Virus record (IMG/VR): IMGVR_UViG_3300037722_000495
Coordinates: 1-63,918 of that record
Length of the DNA: 63,918 nt
DNA from: a virus
Taxonomy: Duplodnaviria; Caudoviricetes
Strand: one strand, 5' to 3'
Position 1 is the stretch's first letter; each line of letters starts with the position of its first letter. Positions 21,572-32,400 of the stretch are shown piece by piece. The notes under the pieces were generated by a model. It was not told where the DNA came from. It searched no databases and worked only from the letters and a program-made list of their open reading frames with translations. A program made the position numbers and the translations under genes.

Positions 21572-22171
21572 ATGGGTCATATCGCTTCTATTGGTGCAGG
21601 TCTTTTCTCCGACTTGTGTGTTTCTACTGCTGCTCTCGATGCCGTAAAATCGGCCATTACTGCTAATACTGGAGTCGAAGCCGCTTTTAAGGATTTGTTT
21701 GCTACTGCAGACATTGATACTACTGCTTTCCGTATTGCTAACGTTCGTGAGTTTCCTTCTATGGGTACTCCTCCGAACATTGTAAATGTTCCTGTTTATG
21801 GTTCCAAGACTTCTCAGCAGATTCAAGGTCAATCCGATGCTCCTTCGATGGAAATTACTTTGAACTTTGTTGCTTCTGATTGGGCCGCCGATACTGATCT
21901 TGGTGATCTCGTTGCCGATGGTAAACAGCATGCTTTCCGCTTTACTATGCTCAATAGTGAGCCTCCGGGATATGGTAGTGATTCTACTAACGATGGTCTG
22001 GGTGGTTCTACTGCTGGTGGTACTGAAACTGAGAATAGCCAGTATTTCTGGATTGGTAAAATCGAAGCCCTTCAAGTTAATCCTCAGCTGACCGATGCCA
22101 ATACTGCTACTGTAACTATTTCTGTTCAATCTCAGTTCTATGGCGCTTATACTACTGATCCTGCTGCTTAA
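21572..22171 (+). CDS. Major tail (tube) protein
   Basis: REFPSMGTPPNIVNVP.YG..QIQGQSDAP; high-expression codons; followed by chaperones and tape measure. Confidence 0.8.
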   Translation: MGHIASIGAGLFSDLCVSTAALDAVKSAITANTGVEAAFKDLFATADIDTTAFRIANVREFPSMGTPPNIVNVPVYGSKTSQQIQGQSDAPSMEITLNFVASDWAADTDLGDLVADGKQHAFRFTMLNSEPPGYGSDSTNDGLGGSTAGGTETENSQYFWIGKIEALQVNPQLTDANTATVTISVQSQFYGAYTTDPAA

Positions 22172-22262
22172 TTAAGAGAGGTGTATTTCTGGTAAAAATA
22201 CTTAAATACTAACCCTTAATTGTAGCCTCTCATTTATCATTATAAATAATAAAGGATGTATC

Positions 22263-22496
22263 ATGGATGAAAATACTGTGACTAAACCGTTTAGTCGGTC
22301 TTTCGTAGTCAATGTAACTATTCGAAATATGCGTAAAAGTGTGGACATCTCTATCAAGAAAACTCTTAAAAGAGTTGGTGAGTTCTCTCAGGATCGTGAG
22401 AAATCTCAGGAAATTCTTGAAACCTTGTCTTGCTTGTACAGTATTCAAAAACAATTGGATTCTATTAAAATTGAGGAGAATAAAAATGAGTTTTAA
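22263..22496 (+). CDS. Hypothetical protein
   Basis: AAGGA RBS, 77 aa. Confidence 0.55.
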   Translation: MDENTVTKPFSRSFVVNVTIRNMRKSVDISIKKTLKRVGEFSQDREKSQEILETLSCLYSIQKQLDSIKIEENKNEF

Positions 22497-22782
22497 AGAC
22501 CTTATTAAAAAGAAAATGACTCGTGAGACTAAATTCATGGGTGAAAGTGTCAAGATCAGTAAACTCAGTGTTGCTGAAGTTGAAGAAATTCAAGCTATTG
22601 TTAAACAACAGGATGAAAATACTGAAGACTACACAATTCTTCAAAAAGTAATTTGTCTTGCTGTAGAAGATGCCAATGAACTCTCAATGGAAGATTTTAA
22701 ATCATTTCCTTTAGATGAACTTAATAAGTTGTCCAAAGAGATCATGAAATTCTCGGGTCTTAACACGGAAGAGGGAAAGTAA
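22486..22782 (+). CDS. Tail assembly chaperone (gpG-like)
   Basis: GAGGAG RBS before ATG 22486; ends in slippery G GGA AAG TAA. Confidence 0.75.
   Translation: MSFKDLIKKKMTRETKFMGESVKISKLSVAEVEEIQAIVKQQDENTEDYTILQKVICLAVEDANELSMEDFKSFPLDELNKLSKEIMKFSGLNTEEGK
22773..22779 (+). other. -1 programmed frameshift site GGGAAAG
   Basis: Same heptamer and phase as the lambda G/GT site; -1 frame is open into ORF 22833-23141. Confidence 0.8.
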
Positions 22783-23141
22783 CACTCTCAGATGAAGAAT
22801 TAGCTATTTATGAATTAGCTTTTCATCTGAATATGCCCGTATATAAGTTACGCTATGAAATGCCATATGACGAGTTTTTAAAATGGATGGAGTATTTTGG
22901 ATTGCGTCCTATTGGTTGGAGAGATGATGAGAGAACTTATAAACTTCTGAGAGTACAAGGAGCTAAAGGTGCTCCAGAATCTCTATTCAGTAGTCTTGCT
23001 CAAATGAAATCTTCGATTGAAGCTAAGAAAAATAAAATGGCTGAAAAAGGTCGTCTTGATAAATCTTTCTGTTCTTCTGCTTTATTCCATAAATTGCTCT
23101 CTGCGAAAGGTGGTGAGAAGCTGCCTTATGATAAAAATTGA
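22780..23141 (+). CDS. Tail assembly chaperone frameshift extension (gpT-like)
   Basis: -1 frame reads VTLSDEELAIYELAFHLNMPVY..M..DEF..W..YF. Confidence 0.7.
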
Positions 23142-23406
23142 TACGAAAATAAATGCAATTATTCAAAAAGAAAAAAGGAAAATTCTGGAAAATGCTATTT
23201 CTGAGTTACGAGCAAATACACCAATAGATACAGGTGAAGCAAGAAATGGATGGAGGCTAGAAGAAGATAAAATTGTAAATGATGTAAAACACATCAATTC
23301 ATTAAATGAAGGTTCTTCTCAACAAGCTCCTGCTTATTTCGTAGAGGCAACTCTTTTAGGTATTCCAGGTATTTTACCTAATGGAACGATTGTGAAAAAT
23401 AAATAA
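23128..23406 (+). CDS. HK97 gp10-like neck/tail completion protein
   Basis: TPIDTGEARNGW and LNEGSSQQAP motifs; start codon uncertain. Confidence 0.7.
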   Translation: MIKIDTKINAIIQKEKRKILENAISELRANTPIDTGEARNGWRLEEDKIVNDVKHINSLNEGSSQQAPAYFVEATLLGIPGILPNGTIVKNK

Positions 23407-23412
23407 AAACAT

Positions 23413-23446
23413 GCCCCGCTATCCTAACCGAAGCGGGGCTTTTTTT
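23413..23446 (+). terminator. Intrinsic terminator
   Basis: GCCCCGCT/AGCGGGGC stem followed by T7. Confidence 0.75.
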
Positions 23447-23462
23447 AACGAGGATTCTTCTT

Positions 23463-26400
23463 ATGTCCGGTATTGTAATTGATGTCGATACCAGATCAGA
23501 ATCAACTAAGAAAGATCTTGGAGCTATAAATAGAAGTTTAGCAAAAATAATATCTTCTTCGAAATCTTCAAAGGACGCTTTAGGAAAGATTTCTTCTTCT
23601 GGTATAAATGGATTAAAAACGACAACTAATAGTGTAACAAAATCTTTTAAAGCACTCAAAGATACCAGTAGTTCTGCTCTAAGTACAGTTGATAAGTCTG
23701 CACAAAAGGCTGACAAATCTGTGAATAAAGTCAGAAATACTGTATTAACCTTGGCGGCCGCTTTTTTAGCAATCAAAGGTGTTAGTGTATTCTCTAAAAT
23801 GGCTGATAATATGACCAATTTAGAGAACCGATTAAAGATTGTTGTTAAAGAAACAGAAAAACTTGTACAGGTTCAAGAGAAATTGTATAAAATCTCAAGA
23901 GAAACTAGATCAGATTTTGCAATTACAGCTAGTACATATGTTGACTTTGTGAAAGGTCTAGAGAAGACTGCTATCTCAGAAACCAGAATTTTAAATGTCA
24001 TTCGTACTATTCAGAAAGCCTCTATTTTATCAGGTTCATCTCAAGAATCTATTAGAGCTGGTATGATACAGCTTCAGCAGGGTATTGCTTCAGGGACTTT
24101 ACGTGGTGAAGAATTGAACTCTGTATTGGAACAAATGAAATACCTTGGTCAAGGATTGATGTCTCAATTAGACATGAATGCAGGTTCCTTGAGAAAGTTT
24201 GCTGAAGAAGGTAAATTGACAACTGAAGTCTTGATTAATGCTGTAGAAAAAATGTCTGAAAGAACAGCCAGAGATTTCAAAGATACAAATATTACTATTG
24301 CACAAGCTGCTAGTCAATTAAAACTGTCTATTTCTGTTATGTTAGGAAATCTTCAAAATTTTCTTGGTACTAGTCAGGCTTTTGCTAATAGATTGGTAAA
24401 GATTGCAGACACTATTGATAGGATGTCTATTTCTACTACATCTGGTATCACTTTATTGAATCTCAAGATAAAGAACTTTATAGATGGTTTATCTATTTTT
24501 TCTGCAGCTCAATTAACAACTAGAGCAATGATAAAATTAGATATAACACCATTTGAAATTTTAGAGACTTATCAGAGTTATAGAAAATATAAACAATACT
24601 TAAATAAAATAAAAGATTTTCTTTCTTATCGTAGTGAGATGGAGATAAAACCTAAATTAAAATTTAATTTAACTGCTTCGAACTATAAGAATCAGATTAT
24701 TGAAACAAAAGATACAGAGAAGCAACTTAGTCCTTTAGAGAACTTCTTTTTGAATTTAAAAGAACTAGTATCAGAAACTGTTAATTTTATTAAGATTTCT
24801 ATTTCTAATTTATTAAGATTAATTCCTGTATTACAGACACCTGTTACTCCTTTATTAACTAAAATTCGTTCTGGTATTTTGGAAACATTGGCAGATTTAA
24901 AATCTTCAATTTTTCTTTATTTAGTACCTATCCGTAGTGAATTAGAGAATTTTAAAAATGCATTTTTTGCCTTTGCTACGGGAGATATGCGTCTTGAAAA
25001 TGCTTGGGTCTCGATGTTCAGAAGTAAGTCTCTGGATGATTTCGTAGATAAACTAAAGAAATTGAACAAGCTTCGCTCATCATATAAAATGAATGATAAG
25101 GTATTTCTCGGTAAAGAAATTTATAGAGATGTCATAAAAACTACTTATGCACTACAAGATTTCTTGATCTCAATAGGAATACTTCAAAATAAACTCATAG
25201 GTATTCGCCAAGCAAGAGTCGATAGATTTTTTAAGTATTTTACTAATGCAGCATCGGCGGCTTCCAGAGTTCTAAGAGATGTTATAGAACCAGTATTGTA
25301 TCCGATTTATCAAAAATTCTTATTAACATTTGTTAATATCTCTAAGACTATCATCGATATTTTATATGATACTTTTTCTCCTAATCTTGCAATACGTTTA
25401 TCTAATCGTTTAGCTGATGGTTTTGAGAAGGGTTGGAATAGTCTTTTCAAAGGTATGGAAGATTTAGAATCAGGAAAGATGAATTTTGGAAATATATTTG
25501 ATGATTCAGAACTTATACAAGCTGTAACTAAAGAATTTATTAAAATATCAAGAAGATTATTAGAATTCTTTAAAATTTTTATATCTAATCTTGGATCACA
25601 AATCTCCACTCTCTTCAAAGAACAAATATTAGGAAATATAAATTCTTTATTTGATTCCATGTTAAATAGGATCATAGAGAAATTCAAAAGATTTAAAGAG
25701 AAATTAAGTGGAATACTTGAAAACAAACTTCAAACAATAGAATTAAATTATGCATTAAATTTGGATAATTCTTTATTCGATAAAATGTTATTTAATTTTC
25801 ATAGAATGTTTCAAAAAATTAGAGAAATTACTAAAGAAGTTATTCCTGAAATTCTAGAAAAAATAAAAGAATTTTCAAACAAAGTCAATGGCTATTTCTA
25901 TGAAATTTATGATAAGATTGTAGGGCACTCCTATTGGCCAGATACAATAGATGGAATATTGAAACATACCGATCGCTTAAAAGACTCCGAAACAAAAGTT
26001 AGAAGTTTTAAGGATAGACTGTTAGAAATCTTTTCTGGAATAAAAGATAAAATACGAAATTTAGCTAGTGAATTAGGCGGTAATTTCGAACAAGCAATAA
26101 ATGCATTATTAAATGTTAATTTAGCAGACTCCTTCAAAGTACTCTCAAAGAATGTTGGTGCAGCTTTAATGGCAGGCTTTATGTTATTCTTTGGAAATAC
26201 TAAAGCCAAAATGATTGGAACTACATATTTATTCTCTGTTTTTAATGGTGCATTAAATAATGCATTCTCTTATATAACTCCTATGTTAGCAAAAGGAATT
26301 GGAACGAGTGGAGGATTATTAGCTGATCACGTAGTGAAAGGCTTCTTTAATGCCTTAAATTCGATTGTAATTGCCCTACCAGGTTTCTTCAAGACACTTT

Positions 26401-29400
26401 TTAAAGAGGTAGTACCTGGCGGTAATATGTTGTTAAAAATATTTAATATATTTCCAATGTTTCATAATAAACTTTTATATGCACTAGCAGGTCTAGCACT
26501 TGGTTATGCAAAATTTGCTAAGGGTGGTTCAAAAACTATTTTTGAAATTTTATTTGGCAAGAGTGCGACTAAAAAAGGTCCTGCTACCGAAGGAATCCTC
26601 TCATATGTAAGAGAAATATTTCGAATAAGACCAGCTAGAGGAGTCACCGATCCTTTCTGGAGAAACTTATTTGTAAATAAAACAGCAGCAAAATTAGCTG
26701 CACTCTCTTTTAGTAGTGTTCTTATTGAAAGCATTAGTTTTTTAGAAGCGGCAACAGTTGGTACTCCTCTTTTATTATTCGCATTATTGGGAAAAGATGG
26801 TGGTGCAAAGGCTAGTAGGGTGTTCTTTGTAACTGCTGAAATGATGATTGGTGGTCTATATAAACTGATAGCTAACAAAGTTTCATCTGTATTTGGTAAT
26901 AACTCTAAATTCACTAAAGTAGTAAATGCACCATTCAATTTACTCAATTTCATAAGAAGACCTAAATCAAATGAATTGGGCAAATTAAGTACATCTTTCG
27001 TAGATGATGCAAAAACACTTATTACTAATTTTAAAAGAAATTCTGATAAATGGGCAAAAGGAGAATTAAGTGCAAAGGAAGCTTTCACTACGATATTTTT
27101 AACAGATACTTTGAGTGGAGTTACTATTCCTTTTCAAGGATTCAAGCAAGAGATTACTGATTTCTTTAATAAAGATTTAGGAAAAGGTATTACTTTAGCC
27201 GGTTTATGGATAAGAGTAAAAGAGAGTACACTTAATGTCTTCAATAGACTCACTACATTCCTAACCAGTGGCACATTAAAACAAGCTTTTATTAGATTTG
27301 CAGAAGGTACTGGTGGTGCAATATCGAAAGTCTTTGCTAGTTCTACCAATCTGATAGCGGATGGTTGGCGAGTTTTAGTGAAATTAATTATGAATAAATG
27401 GTCTTTAATTGCACTGTTTACTATTGGTTTCGCTTCAGTTGCTAGAGCGGCTGTAGATGTAAAAGAATCTGTGTCAGATATTTCTTCTGGACTCAAGACT
27501 TTGTTGAAAGTAGTTGGCAGTATTACGATTGCTTTGATTGCTCTCGGATATGCTTTTAAATTAGTATCTGCATTTCAAATGGGTATGGGTTTATCTAAAG
27601 CATTCTTTCCAGAAAAATCTCAATTCTCACATGCAATAGAAGGATTCAGAGCTGTTGGACAACATGTTGCAGGAACCGTTTCTGGATTAATTAATTTTGG
27701 AAAAAGTACATATAATATTACCAAAAATAAATTATTTAATAAATCTTGGTGGACATCTATCGGTGGTGCGTTCTCTGACTTCTTAGGATTATCTGATGGA
27801 ACTAAAGGAAATTTCTCAGCTGTATTCGAAAGTATTTCTAAACTAGGCAATCCTTTCAAAGATTTAAAAGGTAATTTATCAGCTGTCAAAGAGATAGGGG
27901 TCAATGCTTTTGCAGCTTTGGTTGGTTCCAGCAGAGATATTACCAAAAACATAAAGAATATGGGTAAGGGTGTAAAGAAAGTTTTTGAAGGTGTAGGCAC
28001 AGCTTTATGGGATATTGGTGCATTGGCTTTCTCTGGTCTGGGAAGTATCTTCAAAAGATTAGGTGTAATGTTATTGAAATTTTTGGCACCAATCTTGGGT
28101 ATAGTTGCTGCAGTGTCTGGAGTAGGTGTTATTGGTTTATGGTTATTTGGACCTGCAGATACTTTTTTCGGCAATCTTGAATGGGCTTACGATAAAATAA
28201 GAGGAATCTTTGGGTTAGCTCCAAAGACCACTGAAGGTAAGTTTCAAGCATTTGCTAAAGAATTAGGACAAATCAGAGTAGGAAATGAAATTGTAGATTT
28301 CAGATCCATGATAGATAAAATTGATTTCAAACAAATAGATGAAGCTCATATTCCTATTCTTTTAGGTATTGGTAAAGAAGCTAAGGAAGGTTTGAAGAAT
28401 CTCAATGAATTGTATGTTAAACAAGGTTATGTATTAGACACACAATTAGCTGAACAAAAGAAATTAGAAGAACAAGTTAGAAAAACCTTAGGTCGTCAAC
28501 CTCAAAAAGAAGAAGCAACTCATTCAAGAAGATGGGAAGAATTTTCTAAAGACATCATAAAAGTAGATAACTCTTTATGGACTCTTATTAAAAGAGCTCT
28601 AGGTTGGACGCCTGAGCTGCGTAAACAAACAAAACAGATAGAAGAAATAAATAAAAATTCTATGAAAATATGGAGTCTCAGTGGATCTGAAAAATTAGAT
28701 AATTCAGTGAGATTACTAAAGAAATCTTTTGAAGATCTCTCTAATTTGAATCTGATAGATGCTTTCAATAATCTAGGGTTCTCGATGTACAATGCAATTT
28801 GGGGTTCTTTGGAATTTATATTCTTAGATATTCCTAAATGGCTTATTGAATTAGGCCAGGATGCAACTAATGCAATTAAAAATTGGGGTTGGGTAGATGA
28901 ATTAACCCTAGTATTTAAATTTATATCTGATAAATATTATGCGCTATTCAATGGAAAAGAAAGAATAAATCAATTTAAAGAAGGTGGCGAATATTTAGTT
29001 GCTTTATTTCAACGTAAATTCAACCAGGGTCCCTCTGAAGAACAATTAGGTCTATCAGCCTTTGGAAGCAGAATGCGCAGGAAAACTTCCAAGGAACTTG
29101 CTCCAGGAGTTTCTACTGAAAGTTATTTCACTAAAGAAGGTAGTGAAAGACTTAAGAAACTTGACGAGGAAATTATAAGAAAAAGTACAGAATTGTATGG
29201 TTATAATAAGACATCAGATACTTACGGTTTGAAACAAACTGAAAGAGACCCAGAATTATATAGAGATAATCGAGAACATGAAAGAGCAATGAGGATTCTG
29301 AAGAAAGAAATTACTAAATTAAAAGCTGATTATGAAAGATTTGTTTCCTTGGATGCTTATAGAGCTTTTGTAAAATTCGAATCTGAGAAGATTAATACTG

Positions 29401-32400
29401 GATTAGAAAATCTTAATGAAAATACAAAGAAATTTTGGAATATTGATTTAGGTGAAAAAGGTTCTGAATTCTTGGGAAGTAGTTATGACTTCATTGATTG
29501 GGAAAAGGAAGTTAAATTTGCTCAACAATTAAGAGATGAATTAAAAGAAGCAACTAACTTTGTTGATAGAAGATATATTCTGGGTAGATTAGATGTAATA
29601 TTCAGAGAGATGACTCATAAAGCTGAAAAATTAAAAACATCTCTAAATAGAAATGAACAAATAGAATTTGAATTAAAAATAATAGGTGAAAGAAAAACTA
29701 AGGAAACTATCAGTAGATTGAAACTGAATGGTGGTGTAATTAATTATAGAATAGCTTTTGACAAATTGGATAAAGCTAAGTCCGCTTTAGATAGTCTCAC
29801 TGCGAATGACTCTCCAGAAAAAGTTAGAGACACTAATGAGATCTATAAAATTGCTCTTAAGAATTTCAATACAATGGCACCTACAACTCCTTGGTTGGAT
29901 GACATAAATAATAAATTAAAGTCATTCCAATTGACTGAAATAAATATGTCTGATTTTATAAAGTATGATCCCAAGATAATAAAGTCTTTGGCACAAGACT
30001 TAGACAAAGTCACTGATGCCTTTGATGATTATACTTATGTTTTAAATGTAGGTAGTACATATGATCAACAAATAGATGCTATGGATAGGTATCTTCGTAA
30101 GTTAAGAGAAGTATCCAGTAAAATTGAAGAAATGTCTTTACAACAATTAAAAGATATCAATTCTATGCCTTTTACTGATCCATTAGCAAAAACATTTGCA
30201 ATTATGAATAAGATGGGTCAAGATACTACTGGATTAACTTTAGATAGATCGGATGCAGAAGCTTATAATAAACTTCTAATTTCTAAAGCAGAAAAGACTA
30301 ATCAACTAAAACAAATCAAAGAAAATCCTTCATCTCCTTTAGGATTCAGTGCTGAAACAATTCAGAAAGAACTTAATGAGATTGAGAAGAAGCTTACTAA
30401 ATTTACAGATAAATCTAAACTTAATTTAGATTCTTTGGTTGATGCTCTAAGCTCTATAGATGACTCTTTTAATAAAAAGAAGTTCTTGAGCCTAAAATCA
30501 ACAGATCAGGAGACATTACTCAAGTCTATTAAGAAAATAAATGATCTTAATAGAGAGAATGAAGATAAATCTGCAACCTCTCCAGAAGCACAATCTAATG
30601 CGAAATTAATCTTGGAAGAAGAAAATAATCTTCGGAAGCTTCTTAAGACTTATAGACAATTAGAACCCATAAGAATACTCAATCTTTTCGAAGATAGTGG
30701 TTTTGATATCAATGAAAGATTACTGAATGCAGACGCCAGCTTAAAAGATGCTTTTATTAATAGTAAATTACAAGCAGAAGACTATAAAAAGAACATGGAA
30801 GATGGCCTCGGAGGTAGTCTTGAAGGTTATGATAGAGTTATCACTATTTCCAGAGAAGCAGAAGTAGCTCTCAAGAACTCTATATTAACCCCCGAAGAAC
30901 GTCTTTCCAAAATAAATGAAGCTTTTTCTACTGAATTTAAATTGGGAGATCTCCAATCTGATGTTATATTAAATCTTTCTGCTCAAGCTTTAGATATCTT
31001 GAAACAATTGGAAGATTTCAAGAATGGTAAGACCGAATTAGATATCCAAGTATTCAATAGTAAAGTAGAAAAAGATAAGTTTAATATTAATAAACAATTC
31101 AGTGATCTTCCTTTCGATAAAGCTTTAAAGAACTTTGATACTACTCCATTAGACGTAATTGTGTCTAAAATACTTGAATTAGTTCCTGGTCTATCGGATA
31201 TAGAGGAGCTATTGAGTAAAAGTAAAGATGATATTAAATTATTATATACTGGTGCCATAGAGATCGAAAGAGAAAAGGAAAGAAATAAATATAGAGATAC
31301 ACCTGTTCCTTTAAAAGATATGGGTGAGAATCTCTTAGAAAATATTCTTAATTTCATTGAACAAAAAGATCCTTTGCGTGCCTTATCTGAGAAATCGAAG
31401 TTACTTGGTAAAGAAATATCTAAAGAAACACAAAATTACTTAGATGAATTCGATACACCATTACTCAGTTCTCTAGTCAATCATATGCGTTATCAGAAGA
31501 GTCTTTTAAATGATCCTAAGATTGGTCAGAGTGTCAAGAACAAGATTCAGAAAGATTTTGAAATTCTTGAGTTCTATTTTGCAAATGCAATCGAAGAAGC
31601 TACATTTAATAAGCAATTAGAACGAATTAAAATGGCCAAAGAATCAGGTCAGAATTTCTCTAATAGTATACAAGAAGGAATGAAGTCAGGATTATTTGAT
31701 TTAATTAAAGGCGAAAAAGATGTACAAGAGTTTGTTCAAGATATCGTCAAAACATATACCGACAATGTGCTACAATCTTTTGTAAATGGATTAGTAGATG
31801 CTGTAATGGGACAAGGTTCCACTCTGGATAAAAGTTTCAAGAATTTAGGTGGTACCTTATTCTCTATGTCCAATAAATTCGTTGAACAAGACAAGAAAGA
31901 TCCTTCAGAAGCTATTGAGAATAATACTGAGAAACTAATTGAGAATGCAAATAATAATAACCAAGGACTGATAGGTAATTTGTGGAATGCATTAGCTACT
32001 AACTTGAATATTGTTAAAGATTCTATAATTAGTTTAGGAACATTTTTATGGAATGGTTTGAAAGCTTTCTTTGTAGGTAATCAAGCAACTGGTGAATCCT
32101 CTACGTTAGGTACAATTATTGGTGGTATAGGAAAATTCTTCGGTAGTTCCTCGAATAGTGAAGATACTGTAACAGCTGCCACAGGTGGCTTAATCCGAGG
32201 AATGGGAACTGCGACTTCAGATAGTATTCCTGCAATGCTTTCTAATGGTGAATTTGTTATCAATGCAAAATCCACAAAGAGATACAGAAATCTTTTAGAA
32301 GCAATTAATAATGGTTCTGTAAGAGGTTTTGCTGAAGGTGGTATTGTTAAACCTTCTATTCCAACATTTACTAAAGTAGATGATATCGCTCAGACTGGTT

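Noticed and set aside
22201-22220. CTTAAATACTAACCC as a fifth motif A copy
   Set aside because: Needs a mismatch plus an indel in AT-rich DNA; may be a degenerate site but is not supportable
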